NCBI GenBank assembly: GCA_030704615.1
Contig: CM060733.1
Span: forward strand, 434,001 to 498,000
Direction: 5' to 3'
Length of the DNA stretch: 64,000 bases
Origin: Takakia lepidozioides
Taxonomy: Eukaryota; Plantae; Bryophyta
Position numbers and translations under genes: made by a program. Shown piece after piece: positions 1 to 11,989 of this stretch. The notes beneath the pieces are model-generated. The model was not told where the DNA came from. It was given only the letters and a program-made list of their open reading frames with translations, and ran no database searches. How positions within the stretch are numbered: the stretch's first letter is position 1; each line of letters begins with the position of its first letter.

Positions 1-650
1 AGGAGCTCGTTGGCATGGTGAGACGGACAAGGAGATGGTGCCAGGATGGCACGCATCTGCCTTTTTATGCATTCTAGCAATGGGAGCTCAAGCTGGTCCA
101 TCCCATGCGATTGGTCATAGAGATAGTGTGCATGACGATCCAAAGATCAGTGAGGAGCTTGGTGGTGCTAAGGATGTACATGAAGATGCAACAGTGTTGG
201 CCTACCTTCGTACTAGAGAGACAACAGCCAATGTGACTGCTAAGGAGAGAGATTGGATCCTACAACGAGTCAAGAGATTCAAGTGGGAGGGGACTCTCCT
301 ACTCTGAGTATGGGAGGATGGACGAGTGAGGATTGTGCCTTATCCAACACAACGAGCGCGATTGGTACGCCATGCCCATGAGGTGTTGGGACATTTTGGG
401 GTGCGGCGCACTCATAGTTTGCTACAATGACAGTATTGGTGGCGGGGCATGCACACGGATGTGCAACAATTAGTGGCAAGGTGCATGGTGTGTGATAGAG
501 TGCGGGCTTCTTTCAGTGCACCTACTCCACAATTGCATCCTTCACCCATTATGGGTTTGGGCTATTGTTGGAGTCTTGACTTTGCAGGCCCATTGCCACT
601 AATGATTCGTCATAACAAGTATGTGCTGGTGATGGTGGAATATTTCTCCA
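1..650 (+). mobile_element. Ty3/Gypsy LTR retrotransposon pol remnant (integrase zinc-binding HHCC region and start of rve core), disrupted
   Basis: Translation across stops reads HAHEVLGHFGVRRT..YWWRGMHTDVQQLVARCMVC..WSLDFAGPLP..YVLVMVEYFSK. It has in-frame stops and breaks off at about 650. Confidence 0.9.
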
Positions 651-1059
651 AATATTTCTCCCGTTTTCTCTACATCTAAGTCTAAGTATTTAAGAACTCC
701 GGATTTATGCTGGCTACACCTACGGCCGGGCAGTAAAAAGTCAGGGGATAGGGACTCGGCCGCGTGAAGTGCCATTGCTTCGGCATAATCAGGAAGCAGA
801 AAATTGGAAAGGGGGCTGTCAAAAACAGACTCGCCACAAATGACTGTATCTCCTGAAGATCCACCGCTGCCTTTCCTGAAAGACAGCCTGAAAAAGTTAT
901 TACTGTAACTTTGATGTTATTGAGAAATTGAGTATGGCTCCCAAAGTGGGTTTAGCACTTACTCACATGAAAAGTCATTGTCGACCTGTTTATCTTTGGG
1001 ATCGTCATCATTTCGAATTTGAATCCGATCAGTCTGTGTGCCTGAAGTGGAGCCAGACA

Positions 1060-1922
1060 AAAGGGGGAGGAGCACTGTGTTGTAGAGGTCAGAATCACCC
1101 TCCATGCCAAAAAGGCTTCTTCCGCCCTGCCTTGCATGCATGGTAAGTTGCTCTTGCACCAGACAGGAGGACATGAACAGTTTGGTGGGGGGGATTTAAG
1201 CAAATGGAACTGGTGAAAGAAAATCAATTCAGAAGGGAGAGAACGAACCTGTGGACACAGAAAGATCGACCACCCGTGCAGAGTGGTGGCTACATGACTC
1301 CAGCAGTATTTGCATGAACGTTGGGGATTTTTCCTTTGCACCTCTTCAGGGAGTGCCATCTGGTCTCTTCAGAGTCTGACTGGACTGCATGAAGTTCTAC
1401 AAAATGTCATCGACATGCGGTTCATAGGGGGGGTTGACAAAACAACCCTGGTCAGAAATCTCAAAGCTGCGGATGGAGGATGGTGTCTTTGAGGTGCGAA
1501 TCCTCCCCAGGCAGATCGTCTCGAACATCCTCATCTGCCATGACAGATTCTTCTAGAGTGGAGCTGCAGAAAACATTGAAACTCATCATGAAAGCACAAG
1601 CAGAAGGGAGACGACGTACCAGCTGACCAGGGAAACCCCTTTTCACAAGGTAGAGGCTGTTCACACAATTCCATGTGCGCAAAACTTCAAACCCTGAAGA
1701 CTTCAAGTATGATGCCAATGCCCGACGACTATCTTTGTCACATGACTGAAAAAGCAGAAGTGTCCCTGCATCAGAGAGGAAATTATTACAGAACCCGAAC
1801 ACCCAACTCCAGTAGTTGTCCTCGAATTTGTTCCAGCCTGGCATCTTGCCCTTTGGAAGATCTTCTGGCACAGCCTGGCCATCCGGGATGTCGAGAATGA
1901 CAATGTCAGCTGCATATGTTTT
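1060..1922 (-). pseudogene. Beta-class (permuted) DNA amino-methyltransferase domain exons
   Basis: Motif IV-like ADIVILDIPDG (DIPD at 1892-1881), then FLSDAGTLLLF. Later P*RGAKEKSPTFMQILLESCSHHSARVVDLSVSTG / ATYHAC..GRSLFGMEGDSDLY, which parallels HPTxKP..L...I..S...GDxVLDPFxGSGTT..A...GR..IGxExD. The order motif IV then motif I is the beta class. Confidence 0.75.
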
Positions 1923-2879
1923 CTGCACACTGCACACGAAGGTGGGACCAGTGCTCACCTGCAACAGACATGTTTATTTTAATAACGATGGCAAGAATGT
2001 TTTCAAAGAACCAGACTGAAATACTGCCAATGAAACTTTCAGAGAAAAAGGAAAGAAACTGGAATTCTCACTAGATTGAGGAATGAGATTATGTTGTCCC
2101 AGGTAGGCGAAAGCACCCCAGTGTATCATCTCTTTCGACTCTGCATCATCGCCAACCAACTCTCATTGACAATTTTAATCTCTCCTGCTGAATCAGAACG
2201 GGAAGGGTGTGGCTTGGCATCGAACACGCACTGAACTGTGCGGGTATATCTTCCAGCAGTGAAGTCCTGCCTACTCTCCTTTTCCTTCTCCATCTCCTTT
2301 TCTTTCTCCTTCCCCTTGTCCTTTTCCTTCTCCTTCTCTTTGGACTTGTCTTTGTCCTTTGGCTTTGCTGGTGAGATGGCTATGACATCAGGAGCCTTGT
2401 CTTTTGGTTTGCGGCCCGCCTTCTTTCCCTTCTGCGGCGTTCCCCGAGCATCAGGCTCCTTGGCAGCCAATGTTGCTATGTTTCTTTGGTACTGCTCGTC
2501 AGTCAGAGGCGCCAACATCTCAGCATTATTGTTCAAATATTTCATTTGCTGTTCTTGAAAGGTCGTGCTCCGGTGGGCAGTCAAGGTACCAGCCACAGTC
2601 TCTGAAGTGAGAAGGACTCCAGTCCTTCAATATCCCTGCAGTATACATGGTTGGATCGTTTGCAGGGTCCGACCAACATGTCAAGATAGTCTGGAATACC
2701 GCTCAAGTGATTTCCTTCCATAAGCACAAATTTCGTGTACCTGTTAAACATGAGATAAATCCCAACCCACCAAAGCGCGAAGTGAGTAAGATGCAAGTAG
2801 CAGAAAAAGAAAAAAACATGGAATGAAATGGCTCTGAGAATTGCTCCAATGAGCTCTCAGGACCACGCGACAGCTCAGG

Positions 2880-3660
2880 ATGTGAATGTCATCAACGCCA
2901 TTCAAAAAATTCCATTCAATGATACTGCAAATACACCCTAATCCACATGAATGCAAACTCTCACTTTGGAATGACACAGACATAGAAGTGAATGTCGTCA
3001 ACGTCATTCACTTTGGATTTGTGAATACACTGCTAATCAAGCCTAATGATTTCTCAAAAGAGGCAAAATCATTGGATGGAAACTGAATGTCGGCAACGAC
3101 ATTCAGAAATTCGAGTAAGGAACCCTCCCTAAAAACTCAATGGACATTCAAAACGTACATAACACTAAGGACCTCATAATAACACTGGATGTGAATGGCG
3201 TCAACGCCATATTTCACAAAATTCCGAACAATGAACCAATAAATACACCCTAAGCTCCTAATCCATGTAAATTCAAATTGTCGTTGGTGAATGACACAGA
3301 CATAGAAGTGAATGTCGTCAACGACATTCACTTTGGATCTCTGATAACACAGCTAATCAAGCCTCAAGATTTCTCGCAAGAGGCAAAAACATTGCAGAAC
3401 AACTGAATGTCTGCATTGACATTCAGCAAATTGGAGTGAAACCCTCACTGTAAACTCTATGGACATTACAAAAACTTACATAACTCTGAGGACCTCTTAA
3501 CAACTCTGGATGTGAATTTCGTCAACGCCATTCAGGGACATTATCAATTCTAATTAGGGACACTATAAATACACCCTAAGCTCCTAATCCAGGTGAATTC
3601 AAATTCTCGCTTAAGAATGACTCACACAAAGAAGTGAATGTCGTCAACGACATTCAATTT
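2880..3660. repeat. Intronic higher-order tandem repeat (~310-320 bp x ~2.6) carrying 8 copies of the palindrome GAATGTCGT-CA-ACGACATTC
   Basis: Copies start at about 2884, 2990, 3085, 3193, 3310, 3405, 3514 and 3636 (spacing 95-122 bp). The copy at 3306-3333 has perfect 13-bp arms. Confidence 0.9.
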
Positions 3661-4856
3661 GGATCTATGATTACAATCCTTATGAAGCCAAATTATTTCC
3701 CAAAAAGTGCAGTAGAGTTTCCAGTATGATATTGCACCTGTACACAACTCGCATCATGGCCCACTCTCCTCTAACCTGACTATCAAAGTTGTTGGACCGT
3801 AAAATGTTACCATCTTTGGAGAACTCCCGGAAAAAACAGTATCTCCAGGTGAGACCTCTCCACTTCCTTATGTATGCCTCCAATGACATTTGGGGAGGGG
3901 AAACAATCGAAATGTTCAAGTCCTTCAAAGTTTGATCCAGCACAATGACGGCGCGCTTTTCGAGCTGCAAATTGTATATTTGTCAGTATTGCAAATAAGA
4001 TACTCATCACATAATTGAAGAAAAGAAAACGGCTTATTTGAATACACACCTGACTCCAAAATGTAGCATTGTGGAGCCAGTTATCAAACATCAAATCACT
4101 GATTCCTTCCACCTTTGTGCCAGGCTGTATGGTGCTCTTTGGGAACTGATTCAAGTCCTTTACTGTCTGATCTGAGTTCCATATCTCCAGCCACCTTATT
4201 TTTGTTTGTGGATCGACCATGGATATGGCCAGCTGGTGCAATTTCTCCTGCTGCATCTCCGGATGCACATGCTTGTCATAGTGAGATTTGATCTGCTGAA
4301 GGAACTCAGAACCAAGTCCAGGATCTACTATTCTAAGCTGCTTTCCGAAGGCGGACATCAATTTGGTTCTTCGAATTTCAAACTCCTTCTTTATTGCTGC
4401 TTCCACACCCTTTGATGTCATTAGTTCCTCTGGTGTAGTGCGGTAATATTCGGATTTTCCCTTCTCAGCTGCCTCTGCCAGTTCTTGCTGCATTGATTCA
4501 AATAGTGATTAGCATCGAAGGAACTACAAACATGTATTCGAAAAGTAAACTGAGTACAGACGGGCTTACCGCATACATGTACTCCAGAAACGCCTCTCGA
4601 GTCAAAGAATACCAAGTGCCTGTAGCTCTTCTTGTTTCGCACTTCTTGATTATATTGGGGGGGAGTACTGTCCGAAAATCATCCAGCTTCATCAGACCAA
4701 TCCTCTGAATTCGGAATAGTGTGTGGACCAAGCTTGTTGTCACATGCGATTTCTCTGTCGATCTGCAAAAACATTGGAAACAATGCATCCCTTAACACTG
4801 TTTTTTTGGGATTAACAAGACACTACAGAGGGAATGAAGTCTCTAGGATGACTTAC

Positions 4857-5480
4857 TTGTTCACGTCGTGCATAGCTGTAAGAAGCCTAGCGATGTCGTT
4901 TCCAGGATCCAAAACCATTGCCTCCACAGCAACATGCTTGTATTTGTCTTTCGCATGATGTTTTTGAATGTATCCCATCCATGCCAGCAATCGGTGGTTG
5001 CCGTCCCAGACGTAGAACATGTGGTTGTAGAATTGCTGGGTGTTCTTTCCCATCATGAGGCCCAGCTCGAACTCCTCATTAGCATCTTTCCAGCACTCAT
5101 CCCAGGTATCACTGATCTCTGGAGACACTAATGTGCTTTTCCCATTTATATCCGTCAGTGACACATAAAAAACTTGTGCACCAAGTCTGTATCCATGCAC
5201 GAAATCACTCTCCAATTTTGTTATGTCATGGGAAAGAGGTGGACGCACAACAGGCATAGATATCATCCGGCATAGAGGGATGTCTAGACGCCCTCCAGAT
5301 ACGAGCATGTCCCTTATAACCTCCTGAGAGTTTACCTTCTGGAATGACATGAGTTCTTTCACCTTGTCAAGGTAGTGCACTTCAGATTCATCTGCTTCAT
5401 CGTTATTCTCTGAGTTTTTTCCAGATTCGTCTCCATCTCCAGATCCTTTCCCCTCTGATCCTGTAGGCTTGGACCTCACA
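4857..5480 (-). CDS. ParB/Sulfiredoxin-like N-terminal domain exon
   Basis: LDIPLCRMISMPVVRPPLSHDITKLESDFVHGY ... FYVWDGNHRLLAW. DGNHR at about 5005-4991 matches the ParB/Srx DGxHR (GxxR) nucleotide-binding motif. Confidence 0.8.
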
Positions 5481-5689
5481 GTTTTCTGCACGATGCCATT
5501 CAAATCTGACTGAGTAATGTGCAAATAGTGAACGGCGGTAATGACCATCATTCTGTCTCGTCTCAACTCACAATGAATGGTGTGAAACAAATTCAGAACC
5601 ATCTACCCAAGCAAAGCTGATCCTGCCGAATTCAAAACAAAACACTATGATTCTAGGGACACAGGAACAGAAAGGTTTTGAGCAAGAGC

Positions 5690-6215
5690 GAACGGCGTTA
5701 ACGACAATCACAAAAGAGTGGGACCTGCCGGATCGGTGTTGTGCAATGACATATATGTGTAAGTGATTGGCGGCAATGACATTCAGTATAGTTTAGGGTG
5801 GACAGTAAGTGCAGATTATTCAGATTGACTCCATTGTGATGAATGTCGCAAGCATTCACTGTTTCTTGTCTATGTCGAGAGTACTTTTCAATCGATACTC
5901 TACCTGAATCTAAAGTATGGTCTTCAAATCTTTGATTGGCGGTACCGCCTTTCCACTTCTCTATCTGTTCAACCTCAAACAAAGAAAATGCATTGCAAAA
6001 CAATATGACTGAATATGCCGACCCTCACTCTCTTTTCAAACACATAGGTACATAAATTTCATGAGGAGAATCAAATGGCGTTAACGACGCTCGCAATTCA
6101 GTAGATTTCAATCACATGTTCCTGCTAAAGAAGGGAAGAGGAAAGACTGCTTGAAAGGCAATCAGACAGATTGTATGATCTGAACAACAGTGAATGACGG
6201 TACCGTCAGTCACCC
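5690..6215. repeat. Dispersed degenerate copies of the same palindromic motif in the upstream intron of the ParB-MTase gene
   Basis: GAACGGCGTTAACGACAATC (~5690), TGATTGGCGGCAATGACATTCA (~5764), TGAATGTCGCAAGCATTCA (~5840), GATTGGCGGTACCGCCTTTC (~5934), AAATGGCGTTAACGACGCTC (~6073), GTGAATGACGGTACCGTCAGTCAC (~6190). Confidence 0.65.
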
Positions 6216-7949
6216 ACTCATTGTGCGGTAAACCCTTAACAGACGAGTAGAAAGCAAATCACCGTTGTTTCATGGTGATGGTCGGTAGCGACAATCCATT
6301 TCTGGATTTTCTGGATTTTCTAGCGACAATCCCTTTTACTCAATCTCTACGCAGATCTTCAACAATGAAATGTAAGTTAGAGAAAACTTACTGGCGCTTT
6401 CTTAGGTTTTGAAATTGGATCCCCTTCTGCAGCTTTCCTCTTCCCTCTCACATCTGCTGGAATTTTTGTCTGCTCTAGGGTTTCTAGACCTTCTCCCGGT
6501 TCAGCGTTCCTCGTACTTCCACCTCCTTCAGTTTCCCTGCGAGTCATCTCTGCATCCATAGGCTGGTTTCCAACGTGTACTGTTATCGCCGACTGTGTCA
6601 CAGCCACTGCCTCAGTCTCGGTCTGCTCTTGTGAATCAGTCTCCGCGTTCACCTGCTGCCTTGGCCCTGTGTTCTCCAACAAACGACGCCTCGTCATTTG
6701 CTCTCTTGCTCTGCGTCTCTCTATAAGGGAAGTAAAATAAAGAGACTTTCTTCTCTTTCGTATTGTAGAAGGAACCCTCTCCAGCTTGACTACCACTCTC
6801 CCTCTAAGCGCGAAAAGTAGAAAAATGAAGTGATTCCCGATTTCTTGCGGGATTGCGTGCGTTGTTGCTTGTCTCTAGAAGCATCGGATTCCCTCTCGCG
6901 TGACCGTTACACATAGTCATTCCCTTATTAGTGCACATGCCAACAATTAGTGTACAGCTGTTCGTATTCAATATAGTTATCGATGTCTGACGTGTGTCGC
7001 CCAAAATAAACGGCGTGTTCTTTATTAGAACGGTTTCAATATTTAAAAATAACAGCGAATCCCAGAAATCTTGGCGCACAGTCTTGGACAAATATATGTA
7101 AATGAACGAGAGTTTGATGACAAATTTTGGGATATCATACACGTTCATCCTTGTTAGCCAACCCCATGTTCGTTTCACATTTTGAACTTTCTAGGTGCGC
7201 ATGATCATTGGTAGTAGTATAAAGATGCATTTACTTAATCTGTAATCCCACCCTCACATCCTGTGGCATGCTTCCAGGAAGTCGGCTTGTTATTGTGTTT
7301 ATTGATGAGGTTATGATTAACGGTTTAACAGCTGCCGACATTGCTCCTAGGGATACTCTGACCACTGGGCCCACAAGAAAAGTAATTAAAATGGACGGCT
7401 GCATATCTGGAAGGAATAACAGAATATGCATAGTCGTCGTCTGAGCTTCCTCCGCCATATTCTCTGCTCATTCTTCAACTGTGTTCTAGAGACATTAGTA
7501 AACCGATTTACACTGAAGGTCTGCGATAGCAAGGTATCAACGTACGCGAGGAAGGAAGATGGCTTCCTCTGAAGCGGAGTTCTTCTCTGACGACAAATCA
7601 GTGCCGTTCTCCCAAGAAGTCCTTGATAATGGATTTGCAATTGTTTTGAAACATGTCTTGGCTACCCGTTTCATCTTCAGAATGGCTCCATCTTTTTTGG
7701 AGAAAGAGTGTACGATTTGAAAGGGAAGTTGTTGAATACTCTCCAAAACCGTGATGAGCGGCTCATGTCAGCCATGGAGAGTGCGCCCTGGTTGATACAA
7801 AGTACTTGGAGAGCCTCGGCGAAAGTCCCGTGGATCATATGTGACGCCCGGGACTGCTGCTTACTCGGTCCGTTGAAGACAAGAGGGAGTGGTGGTGAAA
7901 AAAGAACAGACGTCCGCCACTCCAATCATTGAGCTTTCGGATTCGTCCG

Positions 7950-10292
7950 ATGAATGGACATAAGTGGAATTCCAAATCCAGTCTTCTACTGTGGTTGGAG
8001 ACGCTGATGAGAGAAGATTTGTAGTTTCATTCCAAAACTACGGGCGATGGAGATGAATGGCTGGATTCAAAAGTGAGTTGCGAGGAATTGATTGGGAATC
8101 TTTGAAGCAGGTGCCTGTGAAGTTCTTGCCAGAGACTTTTGATGGCGATATCCTATTCGAGCTGCCTCCTCCTCCGCGAGAATGTCGACTGTTGGGGAGG
8201 GCAGTGGGGTTAGCCTCGTGAAGCAGATGCAGAAGACTGGGGACTTGCAGAACTGTTTTCTTATGTTTGATCATGTGAAATGAGTGAAGGATTGGACGAC
8301 AATGGCTTGTCATGTCTCGATCCAGTGTACCAACGAGTTATGACAATTGCAGTTGTGACATGCAATCCGAGGATACGGAATCCCAGAAGCTCATGTGGAA
8401 TTCCTGATACGTGTCATGGGCTGCCATGGGTTGCCATCTCCAATTTTGCAGGTGGCGGATAGTGCTCAAGCAAATTTCAATGCTGTTCGTATTGTCTTTG
8501 GATCGGGCGACCCAAAAGTGCCAATGCGAGGAAGAGAGCGTACATGTCTATTCCATTGGACACAATCTCTGGAAAAACATACAAAGTCGGACATCAAACC
8601 AGAGATGCAGACTCAGCACCGTAAATTGTGCAAAGAGTACAAAGATGCTAGAACAATGAAGGAGGCGGACACTTTTTGTTCCAGACAATTCGTGCCTGGT
8701 GGTTCTCTTCTAGAGCTGCATCACTTGAGAGTATGAGAGCATTGGAAGATTGGCTGGCGTTTTGGCACTTCCGGTATAGACAGTGGGGAGCAGCCATGGC
8801 AGTGGTACGAGGCTTATATTTCTTGCTTTATTCATACATTTACTTTCCATTTTATTGTCTCCTCTCTCTTTCTTTATGTTGTTTTTCTGTTCACTGTTTT
8901 GAAGTGTGGTTCTCCACTTTGCAGAACATGTCCATTGAGGAAATGACGGACATGCCATCTTGCACTTTGGCAGAAACTGTGCACAACGCATGGTTGCAGC
9001 AGTCTGGGAAACAAGGTCGGGATTTGTATGTGGCAACAACAGATAATTTGATACGTGCCTTGCAACAACAAACCCGATACCGTGATTTCTTGCGAGGTGG
9101 GGTTGGTGGCAAAGGTCCGGACAAATGAGAGTTGATGTTGCGTGCTGCAAACAGATCTGGGGATCCAATCAAGATAGCACGGGTGGTGAGCATGTATGCC
9201 CAGGGAACGCCACCTTTTTCTAGAGTTCCACATCTTGAAGGGGAGGAGAGATTCGGCTCCTGTAAGAGGAAATTGAACACTCCACCTGGTTCGGATTCCG
9301 ATTCGCACAGGGCAGACCGTGATAACTTCTCGAAGTCTCGTGTTCCCCTGCATGACAGCTCCATGTCCGGAACCTCCAACACGACGGCAAGCTCCAGCAT
9401 CAAACAGTGCCACTGAAATGGTGCAGGAGAGAAACAACCCCCTTGATGTGCTTGAGTCCGCATGCCCCGACCACGTTTGGCACATAGAACGCACAAGTGC
9501 AGGGTCTCGTGTGAAATGTACAGCGATCAAGGCAACTAATTTCGAGAAGTGTACTTCATCTATATCCAGAGGTGGTGCCCGAACTCCTGCTCCGACTTTC
9601 ATGGGTTTGATGCGTCCATACGGTCAACCAGAAGCCAAGAACCACGAGTTCTAGTTCTGCACAGATGATTATGCCAGATGTGTGCATGGAACTGTGCTTC
9701 CTTCCGTAGTGATGAAGCCATCTCCTCCAACCGTTTGGCCCGTGAAGGTGGGAACACATCTCAGATTTCAGGAGATTGAAATGCTGGAGGAGGCAGGCTT
9801 TTCCCTTGCGAGACAACCCCAACTCCATGCATGTGCTATTACTTCTGCGTCCTCCCGGGTCCCCCCGGCAAATCTTGACTTGTGGCCAACCAAACGAGAT
9901 GGAAAGTTCGGCGGCGTTTCCCTCCAACCGCTGAAAACTTTGGCAAAGTGGAGTCTGCAAGAATGCTCCAAGCTCGTGTTGGAAGCACCACGGAAGTACC
10001 CGATCCAAGATATGGTCGGGTATTCACAATCATCACTTCCACATCTGCTGTTCATGACAGGACCTACGACATCATGGTTTCCAATTTCCCCAATTGCACA
10101 TGTCCTGATTTTGTGAATATGCTATCAACCAGTTTGGGCAAGAGATGTAAATTCATACCCTGCAAACATTTGTATTTCATATTTTTAAAGAGGATGGTTT
10201 GCGATCCCAAACGTGACAACTTCATTCACCAGGCCACTATGAGTTTCAATGAGGTCGATACTCTATTGCAGCGGGATACAACACATGGGTAG
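7950..10292 (+). pseudogene. MULE-family DDE transposase with C-terminal SWIM zinc finger (element A), frameshifted
   Basis: FLMFDHVK (D1), VADSAQANFNAV (D2), CLFHW (CxxH), TLAETVHNAW (E), and SWIM CTCPDF...PCKHLY. Several stops and frameshifts. Confidence 0.85.
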
Positions 10293-10724
10293 CATCAACT
10301 ATGCAATGTGGTATGTGGACGACCATGATTTGAAATGTGTAATTCACATCAATTCGTCGGCGGTACAATGATATGGCCTCCAACTATACTGAGTGAGCTC
10401 TGAGTGACAACTTTTAAAAGCACATTTGTCATTGCACCGTTCGAAGTCTACATGTCTTGCTGTCGCTATGCACTACAATCATCTTTTGAAGATGATCCTA
10501 ACTCTCATTGTTATTTGAGGAGGGAGGAAGGTCTTCCCGTGGCAGCCTCTATGGCGCACACTTTGTGAGGATATTTTCTTGTAAAAGTGAAACAAGCATT
10601 TGTAATTGCACAATTTTGGATGCTACAATTGTAGGCCTCATGGTAGTCTTGATTCTATTTAGGCAAGATTCCATGCATTAATTCCACGGTCATAGGACCA
10701 TCCTCAGTTATAGGCGGCGCATGT

Positions 10725-10901
10725 TAATGCTGACGTGGCAGATGACGGACAGTGCCACGTCATCATTTGCCGCCACATCAGCATGCTGACATGACGTTCA
10801 CGCCATGTCAGCGTGGGTGCAGGCTCACGCCACGTTAGCTGGCGTGAGCGTACGCTCGCGCGCAACGCTCACGCCATTGTGTCGTTGCAATAACAGACAT
10901 G
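10725..10901. repeat. Subterminal inverted/palindromic repeats at the probable right end of element A
   Basis: GCTGACGTGGC / GCCACGTCA / GCCACATCAGC / CTCACGCCA...TGGCGTGAG cluster, ending ...GCAATAACAGACATG. Confidence 0.6.
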
Positions 10902-10949
10902 AGCAGTGGGATTTCCAACCACAATGTGCATGAGAATGATGTGCAGCTC

Positions 10950-11640
10950 CTAAAGATCATGGTTTGTGAACATCAAGAAGGGGCGGCAACTACCTGACCT
11001 AATTAGGGAGAGACTGGAAGAGCCAGGATCCAACCTTTCATCCGTCCTGTCTGGACATCATATTGAAATCCCCAGCCAGAATCCACTGGTCAATGTCACT
11101 CATTACTTAGCCTAGCAAAGCCTATGCTTCCCTGCTTGACCGTGGCCATGTGATATCATGGTTCACGGCCCACAGTTGCTACACTACCCACTACTGCTAT
11201 ACGTGGTAGTGCTGCCTGTCCTTTCGATTCAAGATCTTAGAATGAAGAAACTTCCAGAAGGAAATTCTATCAGTAATGTTGTTAGGAGCATAAACATTAA
11301 TGAAACCAATCTTGCAGCCCGATCCAGGCATGGAGAGCGTGCCAAATTGATTGCGACCAATCATCCAGGTGTCCACTCCGGAAATGTGATGGCCGGACTC
11401 GGGGAGATCAGGATAGCTGTTCCACCTCTCAAATTGAGCACAGTTCTATTCCACCAGGCAAGATTAGAAGGCCAAATCATCTGCCCTAAGGATGCAGTCT
11501 TTGAATCATTCAATTTATGCTCTTGCAAGAAGATAATGGAGTTATCTGATAGCAAAGAAGCAGCCCATCTCTTGATCATGGACATTTTAGAAGCAGTGGC
11601 TTCAGACCCAATGCCCCTAATGTTCCATGACCTTATGTTA
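10950..11640 (-). mobile_element. L1-clade LINE ORF2 APE endonuclease remnant
   Basis: SWNIRG (~11620), IIFLQEHKL, RGGTAILI and WILAGDFN (~11070) motifs, with stops. Confidence 0.85.
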
Positions 11641-11989
11641 AAAGAATCGCTTTATTATTCTTGGTTGGGACCCTGCTCGCGCCCCCTCGAGTTCGTTGTA
11701 ACTCTAGTCCTGGCTGTGTGCTCGCTGCTTCTCTGTTTCCCATTTAAGGTGACATCTCCCCCCTCTCCCGCATCTCCTCTGCCACGCCTCCCCTTTGCGC
11801 GTTGATTGCCTCTGTGTGCGCTCTTCCTAAGCTTCCCCATGGCTTCTTGTAAGAAAAGGTCTGGCTTAGGGGTCAGCTCCAGGGGTAGAGGTACCTGGAC
11901 TCCTCGCAACTCCTCCTCTACTCCAGTCTCGTCAATTCTTGGGAAAGGTCCTAAAACTGGGAATGCCTCGCCCTGCCTGGACTTGGTTC

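Larger units (their letters stand above)
655..6796 (-). pseudogene. Multi-exon ParB/Srx-domain plus beta-class N4C/N6A DNA methyltransferase-like gene (transposon cargo; stops and frameshifts in this copy)
   Basis: Collinear minus-strand ORF pieces (6377-6796, 4853-5602, 4498-4788, 3807-4493, 3680-3970, 2126-2796, 1461-1964, 959-1174) with GT-AG borders. ParB and MTase motifs are listed in the next two features. Confidence 0.72.
651..10901. mobile_element. Large MULE-like DNA transposon A (transposase on +, divergent ParB/methyltransferase cargo gene on -); left end truncated, boundaries approximate
   Basis: DDE/SWIM transposase at 7950-10292, divergent multi-exon cargo gene at 655-6796, and GCTGACGTGGC/GCCACGTCA inverted subterminal repeats at 10725-10880. 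No TSD found. Confidence 0.7.

Noticed and set aside
1960-1976. CTGCAACAGACATGTTT match to the sequence near 33948
   Set aside because: It coincides with a minus-strand splice-acceptor-like site and is a single short match, probably chance.
2880-3660. CRISPR-like array (palindromic repeats with spacers)
   Set aside because: The spacers are 75-100 bp and recur every third unit (a higher-order tandem repeat). There are no cas genes and the context is a eukaryotic intron.
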